From IMG/VR virus record IMGVR_UViG_3300018488_000300: a stretch of DNA of 64,000 nucleotides. One strand, written 5' to 3'. The DNA comes from a virus (taxonomy: Duplodnaviria; Heunggongvirae; Uroviricota; Caudoviricetes). Shown piece by piece: positions 30,368-40,055 of the stretch (position 1 is its first letter; each line of letters starts with the position of its first letter). The notes beneath the pieces are model-generated. The model made no database searches, was not told where the DNA came from, and saw only the letters and a list, made by a program, of their open reading frames with translations. A program made the position numbers and the translations under genes.

Positions 30368-30749
30368 ATCAATTCATCTCACTGGTTATAGAACCAGGAG
30401 TATTCTTGATATTCTTAAGATAAATTGCAAGATCTGTTACTTGGCAACCTAACACTACTATTGTATCTGTATCATTAAGGTAGTGCTACTTCTTTACTTT
30501 GGTCTTTATATTTGGCAAAACGTTTAAAACTTCCTTTCCCTTTTTCTAATTCTGAATTAGCAAAACTTAAAAAATCAGACCAGACACTCATACATGCTGT
30601 GCAAACACAGTAGATACCATTTTCTAAATCAGTTTCATCATATAGAATTCCTGTTCCAAATCAGTTTGTAATTGTTTTCATTTATCTTCTCCTTTTTTAT
30701 TTTAAAATATTATGGGTGATATAAAACTATAATACAAATAAAATTCAAA

Positions 30750-31124
30750 TCAGTGTTTTTTCTTACCATTTAGGTTTCGCCTTTTTTCCCTTTGCTTTTT
30801 ACATTGATGGAACCTTCTTGCATAATCGGATTTAGATTCATTTAAACTACCATTTTTGCTACAATAAAAAACGGTAAATCCATCACCATGTGGCGTAAAG
30901 TAGTATCCTTTTTGTCTTGTAAAACTTATGCATGAATGATACCGTCCACGTTCGTTCATGTATTCTCTTGTAAATTCGTCTCTGACGAATTCAAACTCCA
31001 GCAGAGCTGGATTTGCTTCTTTTCTTGCTTCTTTTAATCTTCCCTTCATTTTAATCTCCTTTATTTTAGTCATATAAACTTTTATATTAAGTATGTATGA
31101 ATGTATCATATTTGCAGGTATCAC
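30750..31124 (-). CDS. Hypothetical basic protein (124 aa; start probably internal)
   Basis: ORF only. Confidence 0.35.
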   Translation of the reverse strand: MIPANMIHSYILNIKVYMTKIKEIKMKGRLKEARKEANPALLEFEFVRDEFTREYMNERGRYHSCISFTRQKGYYFTPHGDGFTVFYCSKNGSLNESKSDYARRFHQCKKQREKRRNLNGKKKH

Positions 31125-31171
31125 CTAAAGTTGATATTAACACAACTGCTAAATTATTGACTGTTTTTTGT

Positions 31172-31198
31172 ACAAAAAAAAGAGAGCCGGAGCTCTCT
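31172..31198 (-). terminator. Intrinsic terminator downstream of flotillin gene
   Basis: agagagccggagctctct hairpin with a T8 run on the minus strand. Confidence 0.6.
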
Positions 31199-31220
31199 TT
31201 TATTTACTATTACGGTTGAA

Positions 31221-32765
31221 TTAGTCTTCCTTACTAGCTTCAACTACTTCTTTCGCTACCATTGCATTTGAAACTTCATCAGATTCAGCATTCTCAGGAA
31301 GACCAGAAATATTTACGTTCCTGGTTACCTTAGCATCATACGTATTGGCTTTCATAATTTCCGTGATATCCAATCCGGTTGTCTCCTTTACAGATTCAAT
31401 CGTCTTGGCTAACACACCAGGGACATAGGAACCCATGGAAGATACACCCGCTTCGCCATTACCACTGTCGATGATTGTTACCTTATCAATAGTAGACAAT
31501 GGTTCTGCGATCGCTTTTGCCATTTCGGGTAATGCCTGTACAATCATTTCCATCATAGCAGCCTGGCCATACTTCTTCATTGCTTCTGCTTTCTTTTCCA
31601 TGGCCTCAGCTTCGGCAAGGCCTTTCGCCTGAATAGCTGCTGCTTCTGCTTCACCCTTTGCTTTAATACCGGCAGCGCTCTGCTCCATTGCATAACGCTC
31701 CGCTTCCGCCTGTGCTTTCTTGGCAACTGCTTCCTGCTCCTGTTCATAACGCTTCGCTTCCGCCTCCTTCTGACGCTTAGTCAGGTTAGCAGCAGCGGCC
31801 TGCTCGATGGCGTAACGGTCGGCGTCTGCCCTTTTGTTGATTTCCGCTTCCAGTTTCTGCTGCTCAACCTCCACCTGCTGTCGGTTCAATTCTGCATCAC
31901 GTTCTGCTTTTGCGATCTGGGCATTGACGGTACGGATCTGAATTTCTTTATTCTGCTCCTGCTCCTGGATTTTATAGGCCGCGTCTGCTTCTGCTTTTTT
32001 AATGTCCGCCTGTTTCTTCAGTTCTGCCTGTTTGATAAACAAATCGGTATTTTTCTGAGCGATCGCTGTTTCTGCGGCAACACGGGCATCGTTTGCAGCT
32101 TGCTTAGCTTCTGATTCTGCGATTGCCACATCACGATCTGCCTGTGCCTTTGCGATAGAAGCATCTTTTTGAATCTTGGACATATTATCCTGACCTAATG
32201 CCGGGATCAATCCTCTTTCATCTTCAATTTTCTGGATGTTGCAGGAAATAATTTCAATACCCAAATTGTTCATGTCAATCTGAGCTTTCGCCTGAACTTC
32301 ATCACCGAATTTTTTTCGGTCGGTACATAAATCTCTCAGATTTTGTGTACCAATAATTTCACGCATATTGCCCTGAAGCGAATCGGTTAAGGCCATGCAA
32401 ATGTTTTCCTCATTCATATTCAGGAAGTTTTTCATTGCCAACTTAATACCCTCTTCATCGGTACGAATACGCACTTTTGCTACTGCGTCAATATCTACAC
32501 CGATGAAATCCTGGGTTGGGACGAACCCATTGGTTTTGATATCAATGGAGATCTGTTTCAGCAGAATCTCATCCTTGCGTTCCAGGTAAGGAATTTTGAT
32601 GCCTGCACATCCAATCAGGATTCTTGGTTTTCTTTTCAAACCAGAAATAATAAAAGCCTTGTCCGTCGGTGCTTTTACATACCCACTCGCTAAAATCCCA
32701 AGTAATACAATTACAACTAAAACAATCGGTAATATCTGTAAAATCGGTAAAATCAAATCTAACAT
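31221..32765 (-). CDS. floT: Flotillin-like protein (SPFH/band-7 domain, FloT/YuaG type)
   Basis: N-terminal TM segment, SPFH core, then a long Ala/Glu/Gln/Lys-rich coiled-coil (EA repeats) and a C-terminal tail, the same layout as Bacillus FloT (about 510 aa). Confidence 0.75.
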   Translation of the reverse strand: MLDLILPILQILPIVLVVIVLLGILASGYVKAPTDKAFIISGLKRKPRILIGCAGIKIPYLERKDEILLKQISIDIKTNGFVPTQDFIGVDIDAVAKVRIRTDEEGIKLAMKNFLNMNEENICMALTDSLQGNMREIIGTQNLRDLCTDRKKFGDEVQAKAQIDMNNLGIEIISCNIQKIEDERGLIPALGQDNMSKIQKDASIAKAQADRDVAIAESEAKQAANDARVAAETAIAQKNTDLFIKQAELKKQADIKKAEADAAYKIQEQEQNKEIQIRTVNAQIAKAERDAELNRQQVEVEQQKLEAEINKRADADRYAIEQAAAANLTKRQKEAEAKRYEQEQEAVAKKAQAEAERYAMEQSAAGIKAKGEAEAAAIQAKGLAEAEAMEKKAEAMKKYGQAAMMEMIVQALPEMAKAIAEPLSTIDKVTIIDSGNGEAGVSSMGSYVPGVLAKTIESVKETTGLDITEIMKANTYDAKVTRNVNISGLPENAESDEVSNAMVAKEVVEASKED

Positions 32766-32847
32766 AATAAATCTCCTTTATTTTCTTTATTTTTTTACAG
32801 TTTTAATATGGTGATAAAAATTTGTAAATAACTAGTATTCAATCATA

Positions 32848-33195
32848 TTATTCTGTTTTTGTTTTTGTATTTACGACTTTAAATACCACTAATATAGGTA
32901 TTGCCATGAACATCTGCATTAAATAACACTTCACTATATTCTTTATTTCAATTGAAAGTGAATAGGTTGAAAGTGTTTTAATCATTAAAATAATTAAAGA
33001 ACACCCAAAAAGAAAACCAACTATCATCTCCTGTATTCGTATATCTATATATCGATATTTATCATTTGTATTCAAATCATTAATAATTGTATAGAATATC
33101 ACTAATAGTGGTATGTCGAAAATCAACAAATGAAGTAGACGAGCAATCACAAATGTAAGATACAAAGTTGAAATAAAAAGATATATAACAATCAA
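32848..33195 (-). CDS. Small polytopic membrane protein upstream of flotillin (possible NfeD-like partner)
   Basis: 3-4 hydrophobic helices. Position equals yuaF relative to floT. No sequence motif verified. Confidence 0.35.
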   Translation of the reverse strand: MIVIYLFISTLYLTFVIARLLHLLIFDIPLLVIFYTIINDLNTNDKYRYIDIRIQEMIVGFLFGCSLIILMIKTLSTYSLSIEIKNIVKCYLMQMFMAIPILVVFKVVNTKTKTE

Positions 33196-33744
33196 CCATA
33201 TATTATTCTTTTTTATTCATATATAATGTCTTACTATCTTCCCATGGATATCCTCCTTTCGTATTCTAAAAGTAATATGTCTGAATTTCCTTATATGGAG
33301 CAAAAAATTTAAATATCATATATGTTGGTAATATTTTACTATATGGAGAGTTTTATAGTATCCATAAGATTCTTATTATGCCTATGTGGTAATCCCATCT
33401 TTTCAAATACTAAAACCAAACATTAATACAAATCACATATAAACTTGCAAGAAGTAGAGGATAACAGTTAATAGGTATTCTTTATTTTGTAAGTTAAATC
33501 ATTCATAGCATCAAGATTTGTGTTCTGGCTCTTTAAAAGATTTAAAAGGTTTTCTTTTTTATTTTCCTATATATTTTCTGTCACCGAAAATAAGAAAAGG
33601 GTAAAAGAAATTGCTGAGCAATTTAAAAGAAAAAATAGAGAAAAAAGGATTGAAATCTATATCTTTATTGGCCTAATAAAAGTTTTGAATATTTTTCAGT
33701 TTTTTCTTTTCGTTATTACTTATTACGCAATTTTAACAATATTC

Positions 33745-33770
33745 GTATTAAAAAAGGAGCTTACGCTCCT
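33745..33770 (-). terminator. Intrinsic terminator
   Basis: aggagcttacgctcct hairpin with a T-run on the minus strand. Confidence 0.5.
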
Positions 33771-33792
33771 CTATGTCGGTATTTTATTCCTA

Positions 33793-34245
33793 TTACATCC
33801 ATTCCCTATGTGAGTTTCCTGCAAAATTATTGTTGGGTATGTAGGAGGATTCCTGTTCGGATTCAACATCTTCTTCCTTCAAATCTTCCTCTTTTGTCTC
33901 CTCTGCCACCTGTTTAGGCCTAACAGTTTCCGTATCTTTTTTCTTCTTCATAGAGATTATTTCATTTTCATTTTCATCAAGCTTGATGCTGAAATTTTTG
34001 GATTTGTCCTGTATTTCTTTTACCAATCGCTTCCGATAATCTTTTAATTGTGAAGAAATCATTAAGAATGGAATCGGAATTTGTTCATTAATCTGGCCGC
34101 ATTTAGTGGTTCCATTTACTCTTATTTTGCACTCAGACACATCTTCATCGTCTAAAATTTCATTCAATGCAGAGACAATTTTTAGTGAATCTACGATTTC
34201 TTTTAACGCTTGCTCCTGTGAGTTTGTTTTAAAAATTTTTGCCAT
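33793..34245 (-). CDS. Hypothetical protein (150 aa), acidic C-terminus
   Basis: ORF only. Confidence 0.4.
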   Translation of the reverse strand: MAKIFKTNSQEQALKEIVDSLKIVSALNEILDDEDVSECKIRVNGTTKCGQINEQIPIPFLMISSQLKDYRKRLVKEIQDKSKNFSIKLDENENEIISMKKKKDTETVRPKQVAEETKEEDLKEEDVESEQESSYIPNNNFAGNSHREWM

Positions 34246-34389
34246 TTTGATAATAGCCTCCTATCCTTTTTATTGTCTTTTTTATTATGTAAGATTTATA
34301 TTCTTATTATCTTTTGTTTGAATATGTTTTATTTAACAAATCAGTACCACATACTAATTATATATGAATAACAAAAGGAGTGTATTATT

Positions 34390-35166
34390 ATGGCGAATCG
34401 TACAAGAGATTATTATAGAAAAATGAGAAAAAAAGCAATCAATAGAAAAATGAAAATCATTAATTCATATAGACAGGATAATCCACCTGCATTCTATAAT
34501 GAGAATGAGGCTGATAATGAATTGAGAAATTCTTATGGTGATATTTCTTCTTATTGGTATGTAAAGCACAAAGGAGTGCTCTCTAAAGGAAAAATCCATT
34601 GCTCCTGTGACTTGTGTTCATTTCATGGAACCACAATGCAGGATCGGCGTAAGTTAGCTTCTATGGAATCAAAATTAAATGATTACTACGATGAGGATGA
34701 TTCAATCTATGTTCCTGGCTTGCCAGTATTAAAGAACAAGCTTAAGAAAGAAATTAATGGAGTTTATCATCCTAGCAATTCATGTTTTCCCGGCACAACT
34801 GTAGATCATCACAGTCCATTTGATTACAATGCGTTTGAAAAAGAAACAAAAAGAACTTCCCTGGTTGATGAATTATTTAGGTTTATGTATTCTTTGGAGT
34901 TATATAAAAGAAGCCACAACAGTTATAAAGGAAGTACATATTATTATAAAATTCCTGCCGATTCATGTAGATATATGTGTCATACAATTTCAAAATTTTT
35001 AATTGTTGAAGATCTTTTTATTGAAAGTCTCTCTGAATTAAGTTCAGTACTCAATGACTATATTACCGAGGATAGACGTTTAAAATGTCTTGCATTTGAC
35101 TCCAAGGTATATATCAATATTGAATCCATCTATCAGGTAGCGTCTATTTTAAAAAAATATTTATAA
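34390..35166 (+). CDS. Hypothetical protein (258 aa)
   Basis: RBS aaaaggag upstream. Cys/His-rich centre (HCSCDLCSFH). Confidence 0.45.
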   Translation: MANRTRDYYRKMRKKAINRKMKIINSYRQDNPPAFYNENEADNELRNSYGDISSYWYVKHKGVLSKGKIHCSCDLCSFHGTTMQDRRKLASMESKLNDYYDEDDSIYVPGLPVLKNKLKKEINGVYHPSNSCFPGTTVDHHSPFDYNAFEKETKRTSLVDELFRFMYSLELYKRSHNSYKGSTYYYKIPADSCRYMCHTISKFLIVEDLFIESLSELSSVLNDYITEDRRLKCLAFDSKVYINIESIYQVASILKKYL

Positions 35167-35191
35167 AGACCTTCGGGTCTTTTTTATCTTT

Positions 35192-35374
35192 ATGTATATA
35201 AAGAATTTTGGAAAAAATAAAAAAGGAGACATTAAGAGTTTTCAGATAGTATTGAGTACATATGCAATCTCCTATGGAATGTCTGTTGATAATGAAAGGG
35301 TCAAACAGCTGGTTAATGAAACCATATCTAAATATAAAATTCTTTCATACTATGTAAAACAAGAAAGAAGGTAA
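35192..35374 (+). CDS. Small hypothetical protein (60 aa)
   Basis: ORF only. Confidence 0.25.
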   Translation: MYIKNFGKNKKGDIKSFQIVLSTYAISYGMSVDNERVKQLVNETISKYKILSYYVKQERR

Positions 35375-35378
35375 CAGA

Positions 35379-36431
35379 ATGAATGTAGAATTAACAAATA
35401 GAATAATTAAAAAAATGGCGGTTCTAAAACAAAATATAGCAGATTCTATGAGTATATCTATATTGGAACCACATATTGATGGTAGTAAGATTCAAAGTGG
35501 AAATATAATTACAAACGAAGAGGCTAGAGAACTTTTAAAAACATATTCGGTTAATAACCATACCATCAATCCATATGTTTTTGATCAATGTATTCCTAAT
35601 ATTGATACTATTCATGCTATTGATTTACTACAGAATCCTTACTTGAAAAACATTGTATTAAAGCCACTATCGATTGGTGACTTAAAATTAGAGACAGCAT
35701 TTTATGCCAAAAACGAACTGGCCATTATAAATGAGCCTCTACAAACAGATGACCTTTTAAGGAAATTTCCGATTGGAATTTTTGACGATACCGCCTTTAC
35801 CTATGTACTAAAAAATAAAGATTTTGTATGGATGAGTATATGCCCAATGGAAATCAATACAATGTACAAACACATAAAATCAGCAAAAGGAAAAGTTTTA
35901 GTCTTTGGCGGAGGCTTGGCATATTTTCCATACATGATATCATTAAAAGAAAATGTATCTGAAATCACAATTATCGAATCGGATGAACGAATTTTTCATA
36001 TCATCAAGGATATTATTTTGCCTCAGTTTAAAAATCATAAGACCCAGATTATTTTGTGTGAGGCTGAGCAATATATTAAAAATAATAGTCTTTCGCACTA
36101 CGATACAGTCTTTTTTGATATCTGGGAAAATAATATATCCGGAGCTGAATACATGAAAAAATTTGCTAAATATGAACTTAAATATCCAGAAATGCAGTTC
36201 CAATATTGGCTTGAAGATTCTATTCTGGACTCGTTCATCATTAATATTGCAGAGTATTTTAGTGCTAAATTAGGTACCGATGAATACCAGGAGTTTTTTT
36301 GTAGGGTGGCACCAGACATATGGGACTATATGGAATCCATAGGAGATACAATCAAAAGACCTAGTCAGCTTGACTACTATCTGACAAGAGATTTTGCAAA
36401 AAAATATGTTTTAGGAGTCATTGATACATAA
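35379..36431 (+). CDS. Spermidine-synthase-like / class I SAM-dependent methyltransferase-fold protein
   Basis: GKVLVFGGGLAYFPYMISLKENVSEITIIESDERIF resembles the PABS/MTase motif I-II block (GxVLxxGGGxG...E..xxE.D). Confidence 0.4.
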   Translation: MNVELTNRIIKKMAVLKQNIADSMSISILEPHIDGSKIQSGNIITNEEARELLKTYSVNNHTINPYVFDQCIPNIDTIHAIDLLQNPYLKNIVLKPLSIGDLKLETAFYAKNELAIINEPLQTDDLLRKFPIGIFDDTAFTYVLKNKDFVWMSICPMEINTMYKHIKSAKGKVLVFGGGLAYFPYMISLKENVSEITIIESDERIFHIIKDIILPQFKNHKTQIILCEAEQYIKNNSLSHYDTVFFDIWENNISGAEYMKKFAKYELKYPEMQFQYWLEDSILDSFIINIAEYFSAKLGTDEYQEFFCRVAPDIWDYMESIGDTIKRPSQLDYYLTRDFAKKYVLGVIDT

Positions 36432-36466
36432 TATATTTATACTAAAGAACCAAGGAGGATAAGTAA

Positions 36467-36532
36467 TGCAAGAAAATAAAATCAATGTAAGCAGAAAGAA
36501 ATTATGTTTTTCTGGTGTCCCTGTAGTCTGAC
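36467..36532 (+). CDS. RBS-preceded 21-codon ORF ending at a TGA inside a perfect hairpin; frame stays open a further ~107 codons
   Basis: AAGGAGG-N7-ATG, then MQENKINVSRKKLCFSGVPVV-TGA. The TGA lies in the 8-bp stem gtctgaca-tgat-tgtcagac. Downstream in frame: HDCQTELYKDNYEKCTVCGAYLCPQCKQTH... (a CxxC...CxxC zinc ribbon). Speculative. Confidence 0.2.
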
Positions 36533-36653
36533 ATGATTGTCAGACAGAATTATATAAGGACAACTATGAAAAATGTACAGTCTGTGGAGCTTATCTATGT
36601 CCACAGTGTAAACAGACACATGCATTAAAAAGAGCCATTCAAGGCTCTTTTTA

Positions 36654-37210
36654 TTATAAAACTTTCCATTGTAGAGGTTCTTTTGTGAGTGGATCTTTTC
36701 CAGCAAACTTATACTCACCTCTGAAATATCTCCGAAAAGAACTGCTTTTTTCATTTAACCCACACCATCGTGCTGCAGCCGCTAAAGATGGAAAGGTATC
36801 TCCCGTATTTAAGCATGTTATGGGTTTAGCGAATAAACATAATCCGTTTTCATGAGCATGTCTTGTCTTATCTCCTGATGTAACCCATTCCAAATTAGTA
36901 TATTTGTTATTTATTTTATTTCCATCCTATGATTTACGATCAAACCATTCTTATACCCGTCCACAAAATTTTCGGCTACTGCTTGATGAATCTTAATGAG
37001 TAATCTTTTTCCATAATAACTGGCTGAAATTTGAATATATCCCTTTCTATTAACAAATCCCTTTAGACTATGTTTACAATATGAGCTGTAAATATTCCCA
37101 TGATTTGAAATGTAAAACTGGTCTGAATAATCCACGCCCTTATAAATCAATTGTTCCCATACTTCTTTCATTATTATCACCTTTGGATAATATGATAGAA
37201 GTGGAATCAT
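36654..37210 (-). pseudogene. NUMOD4/HNH homing endonuclease with a 1-nt frameshift
   Basis: ORF 36911..37210: KEVWEQLIYKGVDYSDQFYISNHGNIYS (NUMOD4) + ...GLIVNHR (HNH). ORF 36654..36893: LEWVTSGDKTRHAHENGL...TGDTFPSLAAAARWCGL... (C-terminal HTH typical of this family). The frames meet at ~36895-36910 (expected VNH.DGNK.NN) and need one inserted base. Confidence 0.55.
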
Positions 37211-37342
37211 GGAACAATCATATTCGTTATTTTATATTTATTAGTTGCTGATATGATTTAGGCAAATTTTTATTGATAAAATCACACTGTTTACATCTAA
37301 AACTTAAAACATTATTAAAATAAAAAACGAATAAATTCGTTT

Positions 37343-37849
37343 TTATTTGCTGATTCTATCTGCAATTGAGCTTGCTGTATATGAATCTGGCTTAACGACA
37401 CATTCAAAACCACATGCTTTTATCCAACCCACTATCTCAGGAATAATTTCCTTTGTTTTTCCTTTTGGATTATTTCCTGCATCTACATGTATTGCAAAAT
37501 TAGAATTTAAGTACAGCTCTTCATAATCTTGATTGTATTCCAATATATCCATGATAGAATTCGCCATATCCAAACTTAGGCTGGTCTCAAAATTAAGTTT
37601 CTGTTTTACATTTTGAATCTTATCCACATGGCTAATTTCATAAAAGTAAATTCCTCCATGACCAATGCAACGCATTGCTATAACAACTACAACTTTTGTA
37701 TCTGAAAAATTTTGACTGTCTGTTCCGATTGTTAAGCTAAATTCAGATCCATAATGTTTGTTGTTTTGGTAATAAGAATTTAAAATATCAGCCATTTGTT
37801 TAATCGACACATTTCCATATGTAGGACTAATCATTCTATTGACCTCCAT
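37343..37849 (-). CDS. YkuK/DUF458-family RNase-H-like protein
   Basis: LTIGTDSQNF...VVVVIAMRCIGHGGIYFY resembles the YkuK signature (GTDSQ...GKGG.YFY). Confidence 0.45.
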   Translation of the reverse strand: MEVNRMISPTYGNVSIKQMADILNSYYQNNKHYGSEFSLTIGTDSQNFSDTKVVVVIAMRCIGHGGIYFYEISHVDKIQNVKQKLNFETSLSLDMANSIMDILEYNQDYEELYLNSNFAIHVDAGNNPKGKTKEIIPEIVGWIKACGFECVVKPDSYTASSIADRISK

Positions 37850-38106
37850 TTAATTTTTTATAATAGATATATATATTATGATGTGTTTTATTTTTTTGTC
37901 ATCTAACAATCCCATTAAAAAACGAATCTGTTTGACAGATTCGTTTCCCTAGTTCGCTTAATCACAATCTGTTTTTATCAGTCTTTCTTACTTCATACAT
38001 TTGTCTTCCTCCTCTAATGGTCTATAATCTTTCCAGTATTTAAGACCTTCTCTTCTAATTTCTTTTCGTGTTACATATCTTGTATTTTGAATAAACCACT
38101 CCTTGC

Positions 38107-38331
38107 TCATCCGATACTTTTTTTATCTCCAGGAATATAAACACATGTATGGCGTTCATCATGTACGGTGCAGTAGTATTCTCTTGGTTTCGTCTTTCCG
38201 TTTTCAGTTATTTTCTTTTTACACCGATAATATCTTATACGGTTAAAGAAATCTGTTTTTCTAAACGGATATCCTATCACCCAAAGAAACAATAATGGAA
38301 TTCCGCATAAGATAATCTTGAATGTTGCCAT
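38107..38331 (-). CDS. Small membrane protein (74 aa)
   Basis: One TM helix, basic tail. ORF only. Confidence 0.3.
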   Translation of the reverse strand: MATFKIILCGIPLLFLWVIGYPFRKTDFFNRIRYYRCKKKITENGKTKPREYYCTVHDERHTCVYIPGDKKSIG

Positions 38332-38860
38332 ATTAAAATTCCGATAATGATATCAATCAAAGTTTTCATTTATTTTTCTCCTTTTTTCTTATTAAAAATA
38401 GTATGTATTTCTTTGTGTATTGATAGGAAATAGAAAAACAGGGATAACCCTGTTTAATATTTAATATTTATATCCATTGTTTTTTCTGTTTTTCCAGCTC
38501 TCACAAGTTCGATATTTTTCTAGTTCCTCCTATAAAAAAAGTTTCACCTGTGTGAATATTATATCTGTAGTATAGCAATGACTTATTTTCAGTTTTGTAC
38601 ATATCCTACCTCTTTATGCTGCCTCAACAGTATTCTCCGATTTTTCCTCCCATATTAAGTTATCATCAGAATCTAAGAATTGATCATAAAAATTTTCAAT
38701 ACATTCACATTCATTTGGATCATGTTTAATTCCATTACATGTCTCGTAAAGAGAACATCTTTCACAAACATTCTTCATACATTCTCATCCTTTCAATTTT
38801 ATAACTATATAATGTGTATTTCCTTTAAATGATAAAAAGTATCCGAAGATACTCTTTATA

Positions 38861-40027
38861 CTATTCTTTCACACTAGCTTTAAAATTATAAATTGGTCTA
38901 ATTACATTTATTATTTCTACTGTATCCCTTATGTTTTCTACAATCTCCTCCTTATTTTCTTTTGCTTGACTTCTTGACATCAAACGGCCTGCTCCATGTG
39001 GCGCAGAATAATTCCAATCCTCATTTCCTTTTCCCATACAAAGTAAAGAACCGTCTCGCATATTCATTGGAATTAAAATTTTTTCTCCTTTCCTTGCTGA
39101 TACGGCACCTTTTCTAAGAATCATACGCTCTGTGTCAATATAGTTGTGGACTGTCTCAAATTCTTCTACTGAGTGAAGTTTCATTTCCTTTAAAATTGTA
39201 TTTGCAATAGCTTTCCGATTCCAGAAGGCATATTCCTGCACAATTTCCATATCATGGATATAATCAGCTAACAACTCATTTTCACAGTATGCTAGTTCAT
39301 ATGGAACAGATGGTAATTTACTTAGATCAGGTCTTTCCCACTTCCATGCTGCTAATTGATTGCGAAGTTCTTTTTCCCTTCCACTTTTTTTCATTTCTTC
39401 GCTGAATTCCTGCCTAGCCTTCTTTTCAAGTTCTTTGTAATAGGTGCCAACACAATTTAATTCTTCATAGGCCCTATTTTGATAGTACTCAGCAACATCT
39501 TTACCAAGCCTACGGCTTCCAGTATGAACAACCAGATACAAGTTACCATCCTCATCTTTGTCTACTTCAATGAAATGATTTCCTCCTCCAAGTGTTCCAA
39601 TACTGCAAGCAGCAATGTCTTCACTTACTTTGCAATTATTTTTTCCTACGCAGCGAAGGCGTTCAATATCAAATCGTCTTGCATATTGAAGTTGATTGAA
39701 TTTGTCATGTATACTTCCACCTGAAGGAATGTTCTTACGAATTATGCTATCTAATTTTGGTAATTCAATCCATTTTTCTTTGAGTCTCACTGTACGCATA
39801 CCACAACCTATATCAACGCCAACTAAATTGGGAATAACTTTATCTGTAATGGTCATTGTTGTACCTATCACACATCCAGCTCCAGCATGCGCATCCGGCA
39901 TAATCCTTATTATTGAGTCTTGTAAACTCTCTTGATTTAGCAGCGAAATTAATTGCCTTATACAATCCTCATCTACATCGTCCGCAAAGATTTTGCACTT
40001 ATTATATTTTCCTTTTAACTCGAACAC
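38861..40027 (-). CDS. rtcB: RNA ligase RtcB (3'-phosphate/5'-OH RNA ligase)
   Basis: MPDAHAGAGCVIG, GGGNHFIE, HTGSRRLG and SAPHGAGR are the RtcB metal/GTP-binding signature blocks. 388 aa. Confidence 0.85.
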   Translation of the reverse strand: MFELKGKYNKCKIFADDVDEDCIRQLISLLNQESLQDSIIRIMPDAHAGAGCVIGTTMTITDKVIPNLVGVDIGCGMRTVRLKEKWIELPKLDSIIRKNIPSGGSIHDKFNQLQYARRFDIERLRCVGKNNCKVSEDIAACSIGTLGGGNHFIEVDKDEDGNLYLVVHTGSRRLGKDVAEYYQNRAYEELNCVGTYYKELEKKARQEFSEEMKKSGREKELRNQLAAWKWERPDLSKLPSVPYELAYCENELLADYIHDMEIVQEYAFWNRKAIANTILKEMKLHSVEEFETVHNYIDTERMILRKGAVSARKGEKILIPMNMRDGSLLCMGKGNEDWNYSAPHGAGRLMSRSQAKENKEEIVENIRDTVEIINVIRPIYNFKASVKE

Positions 40028-40055
40028 AGTTTTTCTCCTCTATTAAATATTTTGC

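Noticed and set aside
33200-33800. Long AT-rich intergenic region and ORF 33520..33813 (+) as a possible CRISPR leader or riboswitch
   Set aside because: No repeat structure or recognisable riboswitch core. It is most simply the promoter/upstream region of the flotillin operon plus a terminator at 33745-33770.
36482-36754. ORF 36482..36754 (-) as a separate gene
   Set aside because: It overlaps the C-terminal HNH-endonuclease fragment in another frame and has no homology signal. It is most likely spurious.
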